Assembly: GCA_964270895.1 (NCBI GenBank)
Contig: OZ185440.1
DNA length: 64,000 nucleotides
Source: Podarcis filfolensis
Lineage: Eukaryota
Strand: one strand, 5' to 3'
Part shown: piece by piece, positions 38,684-64,000 of the stretch
How positions within the stretch are numbered: the first letter of the stretch is position 1
Layout of the letters: each line of letters starts with the position of its first letter
Position numbers and translations under genes: made by a program
The notes under the pieces: generated by a model
Databases searched by the model: none
Seen by the model: the letters and a program-made list of their open reading frames with translations, nothing else
Told to the model about the DNA's origin: nothing

Positions 38684-38819
38684 CAGTGGTTCTCAACCTT
38701 GGGTCCCCAGATGTTTTTGGCCTACAACTCCCATGAGCCCTAGCTCACAGGACCAGTGGTCAGGGATGATGGGAGTTGTAGTCCCAAAACATCTGGGGAC
38801 CCAAGGTTGAGAAAGGCTG
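38684..38819. mobile_element. hAT-type MITE, 136 bp
   Basis: TIRs CAGTGGTTCTCAACCTTGGGTCCCCAGATGTTTT / AAAACATCTGGGGACCCAAGGTTGAGAAAGGCTG; perfect 8-bp TSD CTCTAAGG at 38676-83 and 38820-27. Confidence 0.9.
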
Positions 38820-39340
38820 CTCTAAGGCATTTAAACATGTTCTCTGTTGCTGAGTTGTGCTCTTTAGATGTCACTGTTCTTTGGAGGTGCCCAATTATCT
38901 AGTGGTAACTCTGCTTGGTACAGTCTTAACACTTTCACCTCTGTATCTTCTCTCCCAGAAGGACCTAACACTGTTTCTCAGATCTGTCTTGTCTGTCTCC
39001 CTCATCATTAATGTTGTATGATGATCTGGAGTCATATTGCTTCTTAGACTTACCAGTGTTGATGAACATTGTTAAGCAACACTACAGTACAAGGATCTGT
39101 GAACACAAATGCACTTACCCACATGGGATTAAGAAGCCAAGTGGCTTCTGGAAACTTCTGCTTGGCCTGATGACAAGTTTTGCTGTGGAGGTTTTTGCTT
39201 GTACTTCTGCCAATCTTGGGGTCTCCCCGAGCCTGCTAATACTTCCTTCTTGCACATATATGTTTGTGATGGGATGTTGAGCTGCTTGTGCGTAAAGTTC
39301 CTAATCCCTCAGTGTTTGGCTAAGTCCACAAACCACTGTC

Positions 39341-39673
39341 TGTAACGGAGCGCCATAAGCATGGCTCCGTCAGTCGCTGGCAGAATCCGACAGTGGGCGT
39401 TTACGGAATTTCTTCCAGCATAACAGCTCCTTAACGGAAACACATCTTCTGGACTCTCTACGTGACAATTTCCGGCGAGGAGTGGGTGTCCCTAATGGAG
39501 GTCCTGAAACCTCCTCGCTGTTCTCGCTGGAATTGTCTCTGAGCCACTCTTCTGACTCGCCTTCCCTTGGAGCTCTTTCTCGCCCCCTGCTGGTTCCCTC
39601 CTCCGCTGATAAGTCTCTCTCAACCTCTGGGAGCCCCTCCACCACCTGTTCTTCCGATGACAGTTCCCTGACA
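39341..39673 (-). mobile_element. Solo-LTR-like element, 333 bp, carrying a CTCF motif
   Basis: TGT...ACA termini (TGTAAC...CTGACA), CpG-rich relative to its flanks, imperfect 5-bp flanks CTGTC/ATGTT. CCAGCAGGGGGCG on the minus strand at 39581-39593. Family assignment is inference. Confidence 0.5.
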
Positions 39674-40587
39674 ATGTTGCACCTTTGGTTACATAAGGAC
39701 TGGATCTCTGAGAACTGTGTTTGCTGTTGGTGTATATATATCATGACTGAGCTGTGGATTCTCCAGTAATATGAGAAATAAGGCACAGACAAAGCAGCCT
39801 TTGGCAACACCTTCCCACATTTTTATCTATTGGTCCCATGTGGTGCTGTGGTTAGGGTAATTTTTTATCTCCAAGCAAAGAGCACAATGTATCCAAGGAG
39901 GTGGTCCAAAGTTTTTATCAGCCAAGCACAGGGAGTGGCATTTATCGGTTAGGACAGGAAAATACCACATATTTTATGGATGTAGAACTAGTAGCAGATG
40001 TACTAACCCAACTTCTTAATCATTCCCCTTGGCTGTGAATACGGGGGCTACATGAGGGCAGTGGACTTGTGGGGAAACTGAATGCATATTTCTGTTTTTT
40101 AATTCATTTCTGCATGCATAATAGCTGCCTTGACCCAAGGGTTTGGTGCATTTGTCTAGCTCCCATGAACTATACGGGTTGTTGCAATGCTCTCTGTACT
40201 GTATTTAATTTAATTAGGAGTTCTAATGCCAGTTACTTGTTGGATGTCTATGCTCAAAATAGACCAGAGGGGTTTTTGCTGCCCCACCACTTGGGCGTCC
40301 AAGAGCCCTGCTCCGCGGGGCTGGTTCTGCCCTCTCTCCACCGCCCCAGACAAGCGGCGGCGCGTGTGTTGTGCGCCTCCCTTCCTAACTTTTCCGGGAG
40401 ACGTGCTACAGCGCACATTACGGTAATGCCGGTCCTGCCCCGGCCACGCCCAGCGGGAGCCGTGGGTGGATCCCACAGGCCACCAATCGGGGGAGCTGGG
40501 GAAGGAACCCGGAAGTGGGGAGGAAGAGGCGTGTTGTTCTCCCTGCCAGGACTCGGGGAGTAGGGCGGCCGCAGCAGCGCGGGCGGG

Positions 40588-52863
<12,276 letters not shown>

Positions 52864-53000
52864 AGACTTGGGGAGCCGGATGGAAAATGGACAAAGCATC
52901 AAAGAGACTGCAGCAAGAGAGGATCATGTTTGCGAGTGCTGGAGAGCCAGTCACTAGGACTGATAGAAAGAACAAGGATGTGGGTTTGTAATAGCGCACT

Positions 53001-53006
53001 ATTAAA
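53001..53006 (+). terminator. Probable UROD polyadenylation signal (ATTAAA)
   Basis: About 140 nt after the stop codon, followed by a GT-rich tract (GGGATGCTGGGTGGGTTGT...TGTATGTGTCTTGG). Confidence 0.5.
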
Positions 53007-54379
53007 ATGCTTTCCACATTTTAATGGCACAATGCTTGGGATGCTGGGTGGGTTGTAGAGGGGGAGAGAATGTATGTGTCTTGGGCACTTCTGAAGCACC
53101 CAATGCTTTTGATCCTGGCTTTATCCCTACACACTACAAAGCTTATCTGAGAAAGGGGTGGATCCTTTTACTGACCTTTTCTTGCCCCTTCCAACCAGTG
53201 GCTAGGTGTGGCCTTTCTCTGTCCTCCACAGCAGAGTAAGTTTTTTGCCATTTAACAATAGAAGGTGGGTTAGGGTACCTTGTATCACCCAATTACTCAG
53301 TTTGGGGCCCCCTTTAGCAATAGCCACGTGTCTCTACGAAGCGATGGCCATGCTCCATACCGCAAAGTGAAGTATTTACAACAGTTTCCCATCTGGATTA
53401 ACAATCCAGCACATGGTGTTTAGTTAAATGATTGAATCTTCCTCTGCTTTGGTGCTGCTGTTCTGGCTTAGTCAAGGTCTGCATATGCACAACCCACTCA
53501 GGAAGGATGAGCGACCATGTGCTTGCTGCTGAACAGGCAACCCAGGAATAAGTGGAAAAGACTCTTGTGATGTTTAATTCTCAATATGAACATGCTGTGC
53601 TGCACTGCACCTCCCTCACTGCTGTTCATTATCCAGCAACAGCTAAGCAGGTTCCTCCAGTAAAGAAATCCAGCCTTCCTTTTCCTATATCTCTGCTTCC
53701 ATAGTGGTGACTGTGTCTGCTTCAGCATTCAGCCTGGTTGCATCTGACAGTTATCAGCTGCATGTCATGATAAGGAAACATGTTTATAGAAGACACAAGC
53801 AGCACCAGCCCCCTCAGAAAGTCTGTTACTTGTGTGTGATATGTAAACACACCAGTGGACGCTTTTCTTAGAACTGGAATAGCATGGGAGGAACTGTGGT
53901 GGTTAAGGCAATGATCACGTTGTTAACAGGTATGCTACAGTGGGAAGGGGATGCTACAGTGTTGAGGCTGCAGCTAGTAAATGTGGCATCAGCAGCTAAG
54001 AGAGGAGCAGGGCTCTTGCAGAGACCTGTTAGGTTTTTCTCTACACTGCTGTTTAGGTCTAACATAACACCATCACCTCCAGCAGTTCAGATAAAAGAAC
54101 AAAACCAAAGGCGGCATCATCAGCTAGCAAAAAATAAAGCTCAAGCCTTAAAATTGAAAGGATGAGAGTCTGACTCTTCAGTCATATATGGAAAGCAAGT
54201 GCCAATAACATTGCTTTCCCTGCCTGCCGAACCACCCTCGGGGATGGCCTAGTTTTACCTCCTTTGAGAAGGAATTCCTCCAAAGTGCTGCCACACACAA
54301 AAATCTTCTGTTGGCAGGACGTATAGCAGGGCCTCCAAAGAGGATTTCAACCTACAGCCGTGTTCCGATTGCGGATGGG

Positions 54380-54402
54380 GGAGAGAGAGAGAGAGAGAGA
54401 GA
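54380..54402. repeat. (GA)n microsatellite
   Basis: GAGAGAGAGAGAGAGAGAGAGA run. Confidence 0.9.
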
Positions 54403-54786
54403 GGTTTTTTCAGGTTTCATTGCCCTAAGCCACGATCATCACAGATGTTACGCCAGTATATCCCACTGTACATCAAAGATCCATACTCGCTTTATAGGAT
54501 TGTTTCTGCACAAGTATATTCCATCTGAGGCAGGGGGTATTGACATATAAATATTTGCTGGTGAAGTAACTGGAGACTCAGTACAGGAAGAGGCAAAAGC
54601 CACATGTGGTTCTTTCCAGACCAAAAGGATGCAAGGCTGGTGGTTTAGAAGGTTGCATTCACTCCCATCCCTCCCATCTCAACAACTGCCTTTGAACTGC
54701 TGTCTTTTTATTCCCTTTTAATTGGCATTGCTGACAACAGAAAGGGCTGGAGTGATACAGAAGTGGTATGAACATCTTCCTTCTTT

Positions 54787-54792
54787 TTTATT
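54787..54792 (-). terminator. Probable ZSWIM5 polyadenylation signal (AATAAA)
   Basis: Plus strand TTTATT; U-rich and TGTA elements lie upstream on the minus strand (TTATTTTATTTTGTGTACAA). Implies a 3'UTR of about 1.6 kb. Confidence 0.5.
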
Positions 54793-56353
54793 AAACATTG
54801 GGTCAAGAGGTTGTACACAAAATAAAATAAGTCAGACGTGAAGAATGATACTTCTATGGCAACAAATACTGGGGTGAGCTGGGTTTCCCTGGCCCAGTTT
54901 TCTCAGAGTATTGTGAAAAACAAAACGGGAGTCAGACAGTAGGTAATTTTAATCCACATTTTCTAAGCTACCCTTCAGCCCGACCCCTGCCCCACCCCAC
55001 CCCATTCCCTCCCTGCCCCTTTTAAAACTAGGACACACTGGAACAGGGGAACACAAAGACAAGTGGAAGAGCCGTGTTGCTCCTGCTTCCAACCCCCCAA
55101 CTTTATTTTTCATTGGAAGAAGTTAAAAAATTAAGATGAACCACTTAAGCAGTGGTGGGAGGTGGAGCAGCAAGAAATGGGACCAGGAAGGCTGTCCTCC
55201 AGAGGGCACCAGACCCTGCAGGTGCCATCAAAGGCAACGGTTTAGAAATGGAGTTGAAAATAAAAGACACACATAAGCAAGAGAAAAATGTGTTCCCTGC
55301 TCCCCATCTGCCAAAGGAAAGACACATCTTCCCATGCGCATATAGCATGCAGCTCTTGCACGCATCTATCCATAGGCATGTGGAGGAAGGCCAAAAAAAT
55401 CGGTTATTTACACTATGGGCTCAACTGTTTCACAGCCAACAATCTGGCTTCCTGGGGTCTTTGTATTCCATAATTGGAACCACAGCATAAACCAGCAGAG
55501 GCAGGGCGAGTGCTGTGGCTAGCAGCCCGTGGGCCAAGTCCACGCACCCTGATGGCGGGCTTTGCCATTTCCACCTTTGTCTCCTCTCTTCCAAGGCTGT
55601 TGTGTCGCGGTGGTTCTGCATGAACTCTTGGTCCATCCTCTCTACTCATCAGACACCACCCACCAGCCCCTCTTCACCAACAGTGCTGGCAGGGCGGGGA
55701 ACCTGAGAAATGTTCATCTTTTCTCATGTTTGGATATGCTTAACGAAACCAAAACCAAAATCCCCAGCCCACAACACATTTCAAGTATCCCCCAAACAAA
55801 AAGAGAATAATTATAAATAATTAGAACTTTACAATTTAATAATCGACACATATACTATCGTATTTACAGTATCATAAATGCTTCTGTTACTTTTAGTAAA
55901 GCAATCCCTGAGAACAGTTAACGTTAGGTTTTTTTTCAGTTAAGGATCTTCACAAAAAAGAAAACGGTGAAATGTGCCCGTCTTGGCAGGCTGCACCTCT
56001 TACAAGGCCACCAGCCAAGAGCCAAGGTGGCAACGCAAGAGGCTGAGCGACGCATTACCATGCCTCCTTCGAGGTGGTTTGCTTTTCAGCCTCCATCCGC
56101 CATGCCCTTTGGGAAAGAGGTATTCAATTTTTCCTGGTTAGCTTTTGGTATTGCCGAGGTGTTTGCGAGTGGGTGGGAAGCAAACCCTTCCTGCCGTGCT
56201 GCTTTTGGTTTACGTTCCTCAAAAAAATAATAATCCAGGAATCCTCTCTGGATGGAAAACATAGTCCGTCTGGCCCAGTAGGCATGATTCCACCAACAGG
56301 GATCAGGGTTCCTTCCTTCTTTCCTTCTTTTTTCTTTTAACTAATGCAGAAGC

Positions 56354-63577
<7,224 letters not shown>

Positions 63578-64000
63578 CTGGAGTAGGCAAACAGAATAAG
63601 GGGAGTGGGGAGAAAATCCCACAGTAATTACTTATGATCCTTCCTTTCTGCCATAAGAGGCATAATCTCTGGTTCCATCTTCCAAGGCACAAAGTTTCAC
63701 AAGCCTGGCAGAGGACAGTCAAGACTCCCCTGTAATACACCTCCCTTTCCATCTGCTGTGTTGGTACCATGTTCTTCCATTGTGACAAGACTGAGCTTAC
63801 TATTAGGCAAGGTGAGCTGGTCACTGTCCTGGCTCCCAACCTCAGACAAAAGACTTTGACTCTCGGCTTGGGAAATTCCCAAAGTCAGCACAGAGTTTCA
63901 GCATCAGCTGCAAGGGCATGATAAGCAGAATTCTAGGATGAGCAAAGCTGTTGTCCCACAACTTGACACACCCGTCCTATGGGGATCTGTTGGATCTGTT

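Noticed and set aside
39370-39810. 146-aa acidic/basic ORF on the minus strand
   Set aside because: TTG start, low-complexity composition, and it overlaps an LTR-like repeat. No recognisable domain or splice context.

Overview
Vertebrate genomic DNA, most likely from a squamate reptile. The repeat set (BovB, Squam-type SINEs, Penelope hairpin, hAT/pogo MITEs, L2) resembles lacertid lizards; this is an inference. Four intron-containing protein-coding genes were reconstructed exon by exon from GT-AG boundaries and reading-frame continuity: the 3' part of PTCH2 (+, 14 exons, 5' end outside the window), complete HECTD3 (-, 21 exons, 857 aa), complete UROD (+, 10 exons, 369 aa) and the 3' part of ZSWIM5 (-, 7 exons). 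There is no prokaryote-type system, CRISPR array or true tRNA/rRNA gene, and most entries in the six-frame ORF track are spurious or exon read-throughs. I found no clearly new multi-gene system. The most notable observations are: (1) an in-frame 24-bp tandem duplication across the UROD exon 3 splice donor; (2) a TSD-flanked Penelope-type insertion forming a perfect 76-bp hairpin with a hammerhead ribozyme core at its apex, inside a gene-less CpG island; (3) PTCH2 convergent with HECTD3 with no EIF2B3 between them, unlike the human order; (4) an LTR-like element carrying a consensus CTCF motif between the divergent HECTD3 and UROD promoters; (5) a 93-bp intron-to-intron duplication and a 70-bp pure-AT palindrome in HECTD3; (6) a long PTCH1-like C-terminal tail in PTCH2.
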